A stretch of DNA of 63,018 nucleotides, counting the filler, from Octopus bimaculoides (lineage: Eukaryota), in the NCBI RefSeq assembly GCF_001194135.2. It is 5 parts of 5 records of this genome, joined end to end, with 100 filler letters (N's around TTAATTAATTAA, not from the genome) between each part and the next. Parts side by side here need not be neighbours in the genome. Positions count along the whole stretch, not along the records: positions 1 to 31,199 come from NC_068985.1; 4 more parts are not named here. One strand, 5' to 3'. The notes beneath the pieces were generated by a model. The model was not told the DNA's origin, did not search any database, and saw only the letters and a program-made list of their open reading frames with translations. Below, piece after piece: positions 1 to 12,100 of this stretch (within the stretch, counting starts at the first letter, position 1; each line of letters begins with the position of its first letter). Position numbers and translations under genes: made by a program.

Positions 1-39
1 ATAAGTTCTACTGTCTGTTTTTCAGCCATTGTTATTACG

Positions 40-54
40 ATGAATAATTTTACG
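40..54 (+). CDS. Candidate first coding micro-exon (MNNFT) spliced to PRKDC exon 517
   Basis: ATG AAT AAT TTT ACG|GTAAAG: phase-0 donor compatible with the phase-0 acceptor at 517, inside a CpG-rich stretch. No similarity to the expected upstream PRKDC peptide. Confidence 0.35.
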
Positions 55-516
55 GTAAAGTAAGCATGTATCCTACCGGCGACGCCAATAAACTCTGTTA
101 TGTTTCCCTCGGACTGACTCGCAGAGATAACATAACGAGTTATACAATTTAATTATTACATTTATTGTTCAATTACATACAAAGAACGCACTCACCCAAT
201 GTTCGTTATGAATAAACAAAAGTCATGTCCGCCATATATATATCAATGACATTTTACTACGACAGTCCCACAAGACAACAACAATGAAACAATGAACTCA
301 GACGAACCACATGACACACGGAACGTCAGACGAATTACATATCTAACAGTCCATATAACAAATACATTGCAACATTTTGACTGTTTTGTTTCTTCAGTTC
401 CATAAAGTACAATTTTTGCTATTCTTCCATATTCTATCAAATTAATTAAAAGTAATTGTTGAAATCTCCATGTCAATTGCATATTTCAAAATGGAAATCT
501 TAAATCTCTTTTGTAG

Positions 517-624
517 TGTCTGGAAAATTTGAGCAGATGGGACAAAGTGGAAAAAGAGTGTGTACATGGTATAGATCCAGAAAATGATGATTTTACCAAA
601 GTTTTGGATAATTCTTTCAATCAA
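517..624 (+). CDS. PRKDC: PRKDC exon (CLENLSRWDKVEKECVHGIDPENDDFTKVLDNSFNQ)
   Basis: ttttgtag|TGT ... CAA|gtaaga, phase 0/0; resembles human CYNHLAEWKSLE...PFYQ. Confidence 0.85.
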
Positions 625-3600
625 GTAAGAACAGTCTCTCATAATGTGGCCAATTGTAGTATTTTAAAACGATAACTGTAATAATTGAACTAATGTTCAG
701 TTTTATTTATTCATTCATAACTTGGGTTAGATGTTTTATGTGACGGTCGGGGGGTTAATGCTATATCTTATTTTTAATGTTTTCAATTGTGCGGTATAAC
801 AAATATTATTTCTTAAGTAAAACGCTATGCTGATAATCTCGTCACTTATAACTTAATTATAAGTATTTATCACCATGCATGCATAACTCTTAATTCAGGC
901 TACGTAAATGTTATGATGAATTATACATACCAACACGCTGAACGTACGTTCAATACGTGCATGTATGTTGAAGATATGGATTCGTATTCTTTTGACCGTT
1001 ACATAAAAAAATACACAGTTTCATAAATACAGAGCTTTGGAAGCATTAGATAGAGCCCTGAAAGACATTAGTCAGACAGAATTCATTGACACAGGTTTTT
1101 TTTTCATGGATAGCCACCCTTCCTGTTACCAACCCTTATCTGTTTCCAAACTAGGTAATATTTCCTCATAGCCAAACATGTTTTACAGAAGATTGGAAAT
1201 AAATGACACCACTTGCAAAGAAATAAAAACATTTCCAACTATCATGCCACGTCAAGACAAGGATATACAAACACAGAAACACACGTGCACACACACACAC
1301 AGAGGGTCTTCTTTCAGTTTTTGTTCCATCAAATTATGTGACCGTATATGTTGCAGTAACTATAATACTGTATAAACACAGTAAGTTTGTATTCCCTCCT
1401 TTTATAAATTATGTATATAAAATTTACCTACAGTTTTCAACCAAAATTTTCAAGCTCCACAAGCATTTCAAATGGTTTTAAATTAATTTGTCAGCCCCTT
1501 ACAACAATGTTTACTTCTGCTAATTGTTCATCATATCAAGGCATTAAAACTTGACGTGAAAATTCTTCTGAACTTCTATGTATATGTGTGAGAGTGTGTA
1601 CTTTAGAAACTTTTTCTAAGCACACATATCACAGACCATAGAAATACCTCCTTATTCACTCTACCACATTTAATTTGATGCTTCAATCTCTGAAGCATCA
1701 AATTAAATACCTCGTCACTTGTCATGAAGACATACAGAAATCAGAGTTCTGATTCTGCTAGACTCAGTCATCTTTGAAATTTATTTTTTTGAAAGCTGAA
1801 TTCATCTCTTTTATCCATCTACCTTTCAAAATAATCTTTTCATAAGCCTAACCAAAAGAAATCCTTATTGTCAATATTGTGTTTTATATATAATTATTTA
1901 TATATAATTGAGTTAATATTTCTATTTATTCAGAGTTTCTAAATCATCTTTACTTTGATATTTCAGGAAAACTACCTGCAGCCTCTTATTCAATCTAAAT
2001 TGAAATTAATGCAACAGCAAGACGTAAACCAGACAGAGTTTCTGAAATTTATTGACAATGCTCTCAAATCACCTTTTAAGTCTAACATTTTAGAGGTAAA
2101 TGCTTTTTTTGCACACAATTAACTACTGGTTGGATGAGATGCTTTGCATGTCTCACTATAACTTCATGTTCAGACATAAAAAATACTCTCTCTTCATTTT
2201 CCAATCCTTAATTGGCATCTGGTTTTTATTTGTTTTACACCTGTCTTCTGAGTGTGTGTCATCAACACTTGATTTTAAAATATGCATAAAATATAACATA
2301 TACATCATCATCATCATCATCATCTAGTGTCCACTTTCCATGCTGGCATGGGTTAGACGGTTTGAACAGAAATGGTAAGCCAGAGAGCTGTACCAGGTTT
2401 CAGTCTGATCTGGCATTATTTCAACAGTTGGATGCCCTTCCTAATGCCAACCACTCCAAGAGTGTAGTGGTTGCCTTATACATGTCACTGGCACCAGCTG
2501 TGTCTATGATTTCACTTGGCTTGATGGGTCTTCTCAAGCACAGCAAATTGCTAAACATCTCAATCACTTATCATACAGACATACAAAAATAACCACATCC
2601 ACAGATGCAATATCAGAAGGTTAACAGGGAAACTAGCTTTTGTGTGTGGAAGGTACACAGGTACAATTAACACTAAAGATGTACAGAAAAAAGACTCCAT
2701 CAAACGCCAAGGGAAAAAGCTAAAAGTAGTTGACAACTTCTGTTATCTAAGTGACCAAGTCAATAGCAGGCATGGATATGTTCTCCCCCAGAGTGAAAGG
2801 CAGATTGTATTATACCTGGGTGTGAACAGTCATGCTACATGGCAGTGAAAAATGAGTTGTGGCTGCCGAGGACATGCGTAGGCTTGAAAGAAATGAAGCT
2901 AATATGGATGTGCAATGTCAGTGTGCATGTACAACAGAGTATAAGCATTTTGAGAGAAAAGTTAGACATAACAGGCATCAGATCTGGTATGCAAGAGAGA
3001 CATCTGCAATGGTATGGTTGTGTGAGGAATGTGGACAGCTGTCTGAAGAAGTGCCGATCTCCAGCATTGGAGGGAAGCTGTGGAAGGGTTAGGAGACTGA
3101 GGAAGACATGAGACAAAATAGTGAAGCATATCTTTGAACGTTGGACCTTATGGAGGTGATGACTTGTGACTGAGACCTTTGACAACATGATGTGCTTGAG
3201 AAGACCTGTCAAGCAAAGTGAAATCATAGTCATGGCCATTGTCTGTGTCATGTAACTGGCACCCATCTCAGTGGCATGTAAAAAGCACCTTTCGTGCATT
3301 GGACCTCACAGAAGCAATGTGGCCAGTGCCAGTGCCACGTAACTAGCAGCCATGCTGGTGGTATGTAAAAACCACATTTCAAGCTCTTGGCCTCACAGAG
3401 TCGATGAAAAATGACCAAGACCTTTGGCAATATGCTGTGCTTGAGAAGAAGACCCATCAAACCAAGTGAAATCGTAGTCCTGGCAGATACTGGTGTCACA
3501 CAACTGGCAGCATGCAAAAGCACTCATTACATTCTTAGAGTGGTTGGCCTTAGGAAGGGCACCCAGCTGTAGAAACCATACCAAGTCAGACTGGAGTCTG

Positions 3601-6600
3601 GTGTAGCCCCTCAGCTTACCAGCTTGGTCAGACCATCCAACCCATACCAGCATCAACAACAGACATTAAACGATGATGATGATCCAATGGGTTTCTTTCA
3701 GTTTCCATCTATCTAATTCTCTTAAAAGGCTTTAGTCAGCCCAAGGCTATAATAGAAGACACTTGCCCAAGGTGCCATACAGCGGGACTGAACCTGGAAT
3801 CATGTGGTTGGCAAACAGGCTTCTTACCACACAGCCACACCCTGACTTTTTTTTCCAAATCAATAATCTGGGTGTTGACCTTGATCAAAGCACTCTAAAT
3901 TAAACAAACATTAAATTTACTTAAATAATTGAATGAAATACACACCAAAGGCATCCATGTTAATGAAACATAAAAGGCACCCATGCCAGTGGCATGTAAC
4001 TGGCACCCATGACATGTAGAAGAAACCTGGTACACTCTGTGGAATGGTTGGCATTAGGAAGGACATTCAGTCAAAGAAACCAAGCCAAAACAGACTGAAG
4101 CCTGGGGCAGCTCTTCTGCTTACCAGCTCCAATCAAACTATCTTACCCATGCTAGCTTGGAAAACAGACATTAAATAATGATGGTGATGACACAACAACG
4201 ATGTACCTGTACATTAGGGTAAGTTACTGTGGTTTATAAGTTCCAGAATTGCAGTGTCCCGAAAGTTGATATTGTACTTGTATTATAATTTGATACTACA
4301 GTATTATAATGAATTCTTTTCAGCTTGTTCTACAAATCTAGTTATTCTTATTTTTAAACAGCATCAGTTTTCCAAAGAACTCTCTTTGATGTTTCTATGG
4401 CAAGAGAATTATGACAGAGCTTTGATTTACATTAATAACGCTATTCAGCAGTTTCTACTGGTGAGTCAAAAATTTCATTTTACATGTGTTTTCATTAGAA
4501 TATCTAGATACTTTTACTTCTGTAAGAAATATTGAACTACTTATATTCAGAGAAAAAGAATCATAATTTATATAGAAAAGTGTTAGTTACGTATTTACTG
4601 TTCTATCCAGAACAAAATTTTACTATCAAATAAAGTATGTTATGGGCACAGACTAGGTGTTGATTAAGAAGCTTATTTCCCAATGACATGCTTTCGTTAC
4701 CTTGGGCAAGCATCTTCTACTATAGCTCCAGGCTGACCAAAGCCTTGTAAATGGATTTGGGTTACAGAAACTGAAAGAAATCTGTTGTGTGACATAGTGG
4801 TTAGGGTGTTGCACTCACAAACGCAAGAGCATGGCTTTGATCTCTGGACAGGGCAGTGTGTTGCGTTTTTGATCCAAACACTTCATTTCATGTTTCTCCA
4901 GTCCATTGTGCTGTAAAAGAGTAAACCTGCAATGGGTTGGCATCCTATCCAGGGGGAATGTTGGCCTGCCACCTAGCCAGCGAGGTGGCATTATTTGTAG
5001 GCTACAACAATGTGAGGAGACACATTGTGACCAGCAGTGTATGACATCTGATAGTTTGGTTGATGCAGTGAAAATATTTAAGCTAGTTGTTGTTAGGAAG
5101 GGTATCCAGCTGTAAAAACCTTGTCAAAACAGACAGGGAAGCCTGGTGCAGTCTTCTGCCTAACCAGCCCCTGTCAAACCATCCAACCTATACCAGCATG
5201 AAAAGCGATTGTTAAATGATGATGATGATATATATATATATCATCATCTTCATCATTTAATGTCTGCTTTCCATGCTGGAATGGGTTATATGGCTTGATT
5301 GGAACTGGTAAACCAGAGCATTACACCAGGTTCCAGTCTGAATTTCACTTGGTTTCTACAGCTGGATGCTCTTCCAAACACCAACCACTCCGAGAGTGTG
5401 GTGTGTGCCTCTTATGTGTCACCAGCATGGGTGTTTTTACGTATCACCAGTATGGATACTGTAATGTGTCACTGGTATTGGCCACAACTACAATTTCACT
5501 TGGCTTGTTGAGTCTTCTCAAGCACAGGAAATTACCAAAGGTCATGATCACTTGTCATTGCCTCTGTAAGTCCCCACGTTCGAAGATCATGCTTCATTAC
5601 CTCATCTCACATCTACTTCTTCTGCAGGTTCCCTCCACAGTTAGAGATCAGAACACACATACACATGTGTGTATATGCCTTTATCTTGGTAATTCATGGT
5701 GGTTGTAACAAAAAAAAACAAGCTTCATTCGTATCTAGTTGTCTGTCAAAGACATGTGACCTTGGAAAAATATGATTTTGCTTGGCAACAGGGAGGACAT
5801 CTGGCTGAAAAAAATTTTCCTCAATGAATTTCATCTGACCCATGCAAGCATGAAAAAGTGAACATTGACATGATGTTGGTATAAAAATATATAAGAGTTA
5901 CTCTTCTAATTCAAAAGATATTAGTTTTCAAATACATCCAATGTTTAAGTATAAATAATTACACATATATAAATATTACATATACTAATGTATATGATAG
6001 AGTTTTTAATTTCATAAGTATTAATCAGGTTTAGGACATGAACAAGGTAATGTACATGGTTTCCTTAATCATAAATAATTATGTATTCTATCATACATAC
6101 TCTTATTCAAAAGTACATTTACTTATACTAGCTTAATGCTTCACATAACATACTCAACCAGCTGAATTCAGTCTAAAAGAAAGTTCTCAGCACCATCAAA
6201 ATCTTAACTTGAAGAAGGCAGAAGGAAAAGCTGAGCCTCTAAGACTTGTAGGTGGGAGGGAGAAAGCTATCCTCAAACCAGAAACTTGGCCTAAATGCCT
6301 GCAAGAAAGGGAACTACATTGAAAGCATCCAAGGTGCCAAGTAGTGGTTTAAACTGAGTAATGAATTACATCTACCATCTTAGTCACCTAGCTTGACCAA
6401 AGTCTTTGGTGGAAGACATTTGCCAAGGTGCCTTAAGGTGAAATTGAATCTGTAACTATATAGCTGCAAAGTAAACTTCTTAACCACTCATCCATATGTG
6501 ATTTAAATTTTTATACCACTGTTCAACCAAATGATAAAATCGGTTAAAATAAATAAAGAAAATAGAATCATTTTGCAATAAATTAATAATTGTACCATTT

Positions 6601-7399
6601 AAATACTTCTTATATCTTTACAGGAATGGTCAAACACTGATATACTTATGAAGTCACGACGTAAATATCTTCTGCAAAACCTGCAAGTTCTATCAGAAAT
6701 AGAGAACTTTCTGTCTTTCTTCAAGAATAAAGGTAGAGGGTTTTGAATGTTAAATTAGACTAAAAATTAAATTAAACTAAAAACTAAATCAAAGTGGTTG
6801 TTAAATTAAACTGTTAATATTAAATTATGCTATTTAAGGCAGTAAGCTGGCACAATCGTTAACACACTGTGCAAAATGCTTAGTGGCATTTTATCCATCC
6901 GTAAGTTCCAAGTTCAAATTGTGCTGAACTTGCTTTCCATCCTATTGGGGTTGATAAAATAAATACCAATTGAGCACTGGAGTCAATGTAATTGGATTAC
7001 ATTCCCCACAATTTGATGGCTTTATGATAAAATTTGTTGTTAGATATCTGTTTTTTTACAAACATAAATCTATCCTCAAATATCGTACACACCCTGTATA
7101 TATATATATGTATTGAGTTAATGAATGAAAGAAACTATGATATTCTTTGACCTGATGAGCAAGCTTTTTTACCTGTATTAATTTATAAATTATGCAACTA
7201 TATTATGTAATTTAAATTATATCCATAGATACAGGCATGTAAAATAATTTATTATTCATTATACACAAAATAAATTGTTTTTATATGATAAAGGCTGCTA
7301 AATGTTCATCATTATATGGATATCACCTGGTAAAATAGATATATTCATTTTATACCTTTATTCTTTCTTTATATTTTACATGTGTGTGTGTGTGTGTGT

Positions 7400-7433
<34 letters not shown>

Positions 7434-9048
7434 ACTTCTCATTTACTTTTGACAACAGAGAAGATAAAGTCTTGCTCTTCAATTAACCAATTGTTTAATT
7501 GTTGGGAAAAGCAAACTCCTAGCCTCTTGGAAGATCCTGTGAAAGTATGGGACGATGTAATAACTAACAGGTAAGAATATTATTTTATCTTTAAAATGCT
7601 TATTTTCTGTTCCCCATTTTATTTATTTTACTTTTACTTATTTTAGTCATTGGATTTACTCTCATTCTACCAGTTTCTTTTTGCCAAACCAGAAAGTTAC
7701 AAGGGTGTGTAAACAAAGCAATGCTGGTTGGCAGCTGGTGAGAGATAAGCACATGTGCGCATGCACACACACACAATGGGCTTCCACATGAAATGGGACT
7801 CCAATGGGTTTCACTCACAAGCCATTATAAGCTATTGTTGAAGACATGCTGATGGGGTCACATTGAGACTGGAACCATGTGGTTGCTTAATAAACTTCTT
7901 GACACACACATACATCTTCATCATCAGTTAACGACCGCTTTCCATGCTGGCACAAGTTAGATGGCTTGACAGGAACCAGTAAGCCAGAGGGCTGCACCAG
8001 GTTCCAGTTTTATTTAGCATGGTTTCTATGGTTGATGTCCTTCTTAACACCAACCCCTCCAAGAGTGTAATGAATACTTTTTACATGACACTGGCAACAG
8101 CCACAACTACGATTTCATGGATGTCATATGCATGACACAGGTGATGGCCCCAACTATGATTTCACCTGGTTTGATGAGCCTTCTCAAGCGCAGCATGTCA
8201 TCAAAAACCTTGGTCTCTTGTTGTCGCCTCTGTGAGGCCCGACATTCAAAGATCATACTACCAGCAATGGCCACGATTATCTATATCTATATTATATCTT
8301 CTACAAGATATCTACAAGATTCATTTGTTTCTGGATTAAAATCACTGTAGAAATGTTTGAATGTTAATAGAGACTGCATTAACCCTTCGGCATTCAGGTA
8401 ACTCTGTCAAATATAATGCTTATTTATTCACATTCTTTTGAATTAATAATGTATTATCAATACAATTTCAAAATAAAGTGATATTAAAATCAAAATAAGC
8501 AACAAGGATATCCAGAGGTAATACAGTATGATCGTTTCAAGCAACTCCATTTAATTGAACAATGCAACCATTACATCAATTTAAATGCAGAGCAATCCTC
8601 AGCTGCATAAAGACATAGAATTAAATTAAATTAAAGCAGATAGACACGTTAGTAAACTTTTACCTAAAACCTCCAAGAAGGTAAGGAGATAGACAAAGAA
8701 CATGCTATCTTCACTTCAGCTTCTAAGCTGAAGACAGCATGTTCTTTGTCTCCTTACCTTCTTGGAGGTTTTAGGTAAAAGTATACTAACGTGTCCATCT
8801 GCTTTAATTTAATTCTATGTTTTTTATGCAGCTGAGGATTGCTCTGCATTTAAATTGATGTAATGAGTGCATTGTTCGTTCAATTAAATGCAGTTGCTTG
8901 AAACAATCGTACTGCATTACCTCTGGATAACCTTGTTGCTTATTTTGATTGATATATATATATTGATATATATNNNNNNNNNNNNNNNNNNNNNNNNNNN
9001 NNNNNNNNNNNNNNNNNNNNNNNNNNNNNNNNNNNNNNNNNNNNNNNN

Positions 9049-9088
<40 letters not shown>

Positions 9089-9090
9089 AA

Positions 9091-9123
<33 letters not shown>

Positions 9124-12100
9124 CAAGGTTCTTTCAGTTTCCCTGTTTACAACCCACTCACAAGGCTTTGGTCAACCCAAGGCTATTGTAGAAGACATTT
9201 GCTGAAGGTGCTATGCAGTGACTCATTAACAGCAAACAATTCATCTCTGACATCTTATTCTTGAAAGATATCTCCTGAGAGGCAAAAGTTACACAATCTA
9301 TCCCATTTTCAATAATTGGTGTAACTTCATCTTCATACGAAATTTTATATGAAATGCTGTTCAATAATTAGAATATTATAATTTTCTATTTCATACTTTT
9401 AATCTTCAGACTGACTTATATTGATCAAATCACTATTGAACGAAATAAACCTAAATATAGTGATGCTATGGATACCAATGATGGTAATTATTTCCCAAAA
9501 GAATTCAAGTTGACTCTGCAACTATTAAGGGCTGAAAGCTGTTGTGAGCAAAATAATTTTAAACTGGCTCGAACAATACTGAAAAAAATTTCCGGAGTAA
9601 GTTTGTGTTTATTATATACTTAATATATAAGCTTTATCTACATATAACGTAAGATAATTTTTGAGATGAAAAAAAAAACTGATGAAGTATAAATTTGGGC
9701 TTATTTTATCAACCCCAAAAGGATTAAAGGTCAAGTCAACTTTGCTGGAATTTGAACTCAGAACATACAGACAGATGAAATGCCACTAAGCATTTTGTTT
9801 GGCATGCTAACAATTCTGCAAGCTCACTGCCTTAAAGACTACATTAATTATAATATCTAACCCTGTTTACAAGCCAACTGATTCAGCTAAAAAGTAAAAC
9901 AAAAGAATTATTAAAGACCAAAATTTTTCTATATTGTTTCTACCAAATTTTATTCATGATAAAGTGGCTAGTGCCAAAGAGTGAATTCAACTATAAAACA
10001 ATTTGGGTTAGATAGATGCATCTATCCAATCCCTGCCAAAGTAGGAAAATCATCATCATCATCATCATCTGTTGTCCATGCTGGCATAGGTTGGACAATT
10101 TGACCAGAGCTGGCAAGTTGGAAAGCTGCACTAGACTCCAGTCTGATTTGGCATGGTTTCTATGGCTGGATGCCCTTTCTAATGCCAACCACTCCGAGTG
10201 TGTAATGGGTGTTTTTATGTGCCACCAGCATGGGTGCCATTTGCATGACACCAGTATCTGCCATGACTGATTTTACTTGGCTTGATGGGTCTTCTTCTCA
10301 TGCACAGCATATTGCCAAAGGTCTCGGTCATTCATCATTGCCTCTGTAAGGTGCTTTTCATGTACCACCAGCATCGACCACTTTGCCTCTGTGAGGCCCA
10401 ACACTTGTAAGGTGCTTTTTACATGCCACTGGTATGGGTGCAAGTTATATGATACCAGCATTGGCCACAACAGTGATTTCACTTAGCTTGTCAGGTCTTC
10501 TCAAGCATAGCATATCACTAAAGTCATTGCCTCTGTGAGTCCAAAAGTTCAAAGATCATGCTTCACTACCTCATCCCATGTCTTCTTGGGTCTACCTCTA
10601 ACACAGCTACCCTCCACAGTTAGAGATCAGCGCTTCTTTACATAGTTATAAAAATATTTTATTCAGATATTGGTATTTAGTTTGTTCTGGCTTCATGTTA
10701 GGCTGAGAAAGAACTTTTAACAATCTTTATATTTGTTTTCAAGACGTTAGCTCTCTTTCTTAACATCTAATCAACATATGTGTTGGCATACTTCTAAATA
10801 GATACAGACTCATACTGGTCACAGTAACTAGCAGGAACTTGTTTATCTAATTCAAAAAGTATTTTATCAACTTACAGTAATGAATGCAATTCCTTTGATG
10901 GACCTTGAAAAGGTAACAGAAAGCCTATTTAGTGTTCAAACTCAGACCAGAACTGACAATTCCCTGAGCTTCGGCATGTGTGTCTGTATACCTCTTTATC
11001 TTGATATTACACTCTAACTGTAAACAAACATCACTGCCGTGCCAGCAATGTTGTTCATAAGCAATATTTTGTGTAAATCTCTAGACAAGGGGAAATATTA
11101 TTCTGTTTGAAAACAGATGAGTGTTGGTGATAGGAACAACATCCAGTCTTGGAAAATCTTGCTTCAACAAATTTCATTCGACTCATGCAAACATAGAAAA
11201 GTGTGGCAGTGTTTGGCTTAGTTGTTAGGGTGTTGGACTCATGATTGTAAGATTGTGGTTTTTGATTCTTGGACCAGGCAAAGTGTTGTGTCCTTGAACA
11301 AAACACTTCATTTCACATTGTTCCAGTCTACTCAGCTGGCAAAAAGGAATAATCCTGTGACGAACCAGTGTCCTGTCCAGGAGAGAATATATATGCCATA
11401 GAAACCAGGAAACTTGACCTATGAGTCTATATGAATCGGAAAGGATTTATAAACATAGAAAATTATGATGTGAGCCTAAATTTTGGTCTGGTTTAACGAT
11501 GAATGAACATGGTACAGTTACACACAACTTCTCCACACAAACACAAAGTATATTCTTTCTCATTCTCTGCATTTGTACATTGTACAGCTTTCAAGTTTTT
11601 CTTTAACTTTGTTGTATTTTCCCTCTGTATTTTCCACACACACATACACACACATATGACTGAGTGGACAAACGAAATAAGGGCACTCAATTTGTTTGAT
11701 TGGGAGTTATATGTATGAAGTGGAGGTGCAATGACCCAGTGGTTAGGGCAGCGGACTCGCGGTCATAGGATCGCGGTTTCGATTCCCAGACCGGGCGTTG
11801 TGAATGTTTATTGAGCGAAAACACCTAAAGTTCCACGAGGCTCCGGCAGGGGATGGTGGCGAACCCTGCTGTACTCTTCCACCACAACTTTCTCTCACTC
11901 TTTCTTCCTCTTTCTGTTGCACCTGTATTTCAAAGGGGCCTGCCTTGTCACGATGAATCTCCCCGAGAACTATGTTAAGGGTACACGTGTCTGTGGAGTG
12001 CTCAGCCACTTGCATGTTAATTTCACGAGCAGGCTGCTCCGTTGATTGGATCAACTGGAACCCTCGACGTCGTAAGCAATGGAGTGCCAACAGCAACATA

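Larger units (their letters stand above)
1..1000. promoter_or_regulatory. CpG-retaining, promoter-like domain at the 5' end of the PRKDC exon series
   Basis: Hand count of about 16 CpG in 1-345 and about 12 in 740-1000, versus about 5 in 1020-2000. Confidence 0.4.

Noticed and set aside
11722-11800. tRNA-like heads (also 40836 and 26900-26959)
   Set aside because: A and B boxes present but no complete cloverleaf, and each continues into a multi-copy SINE body.
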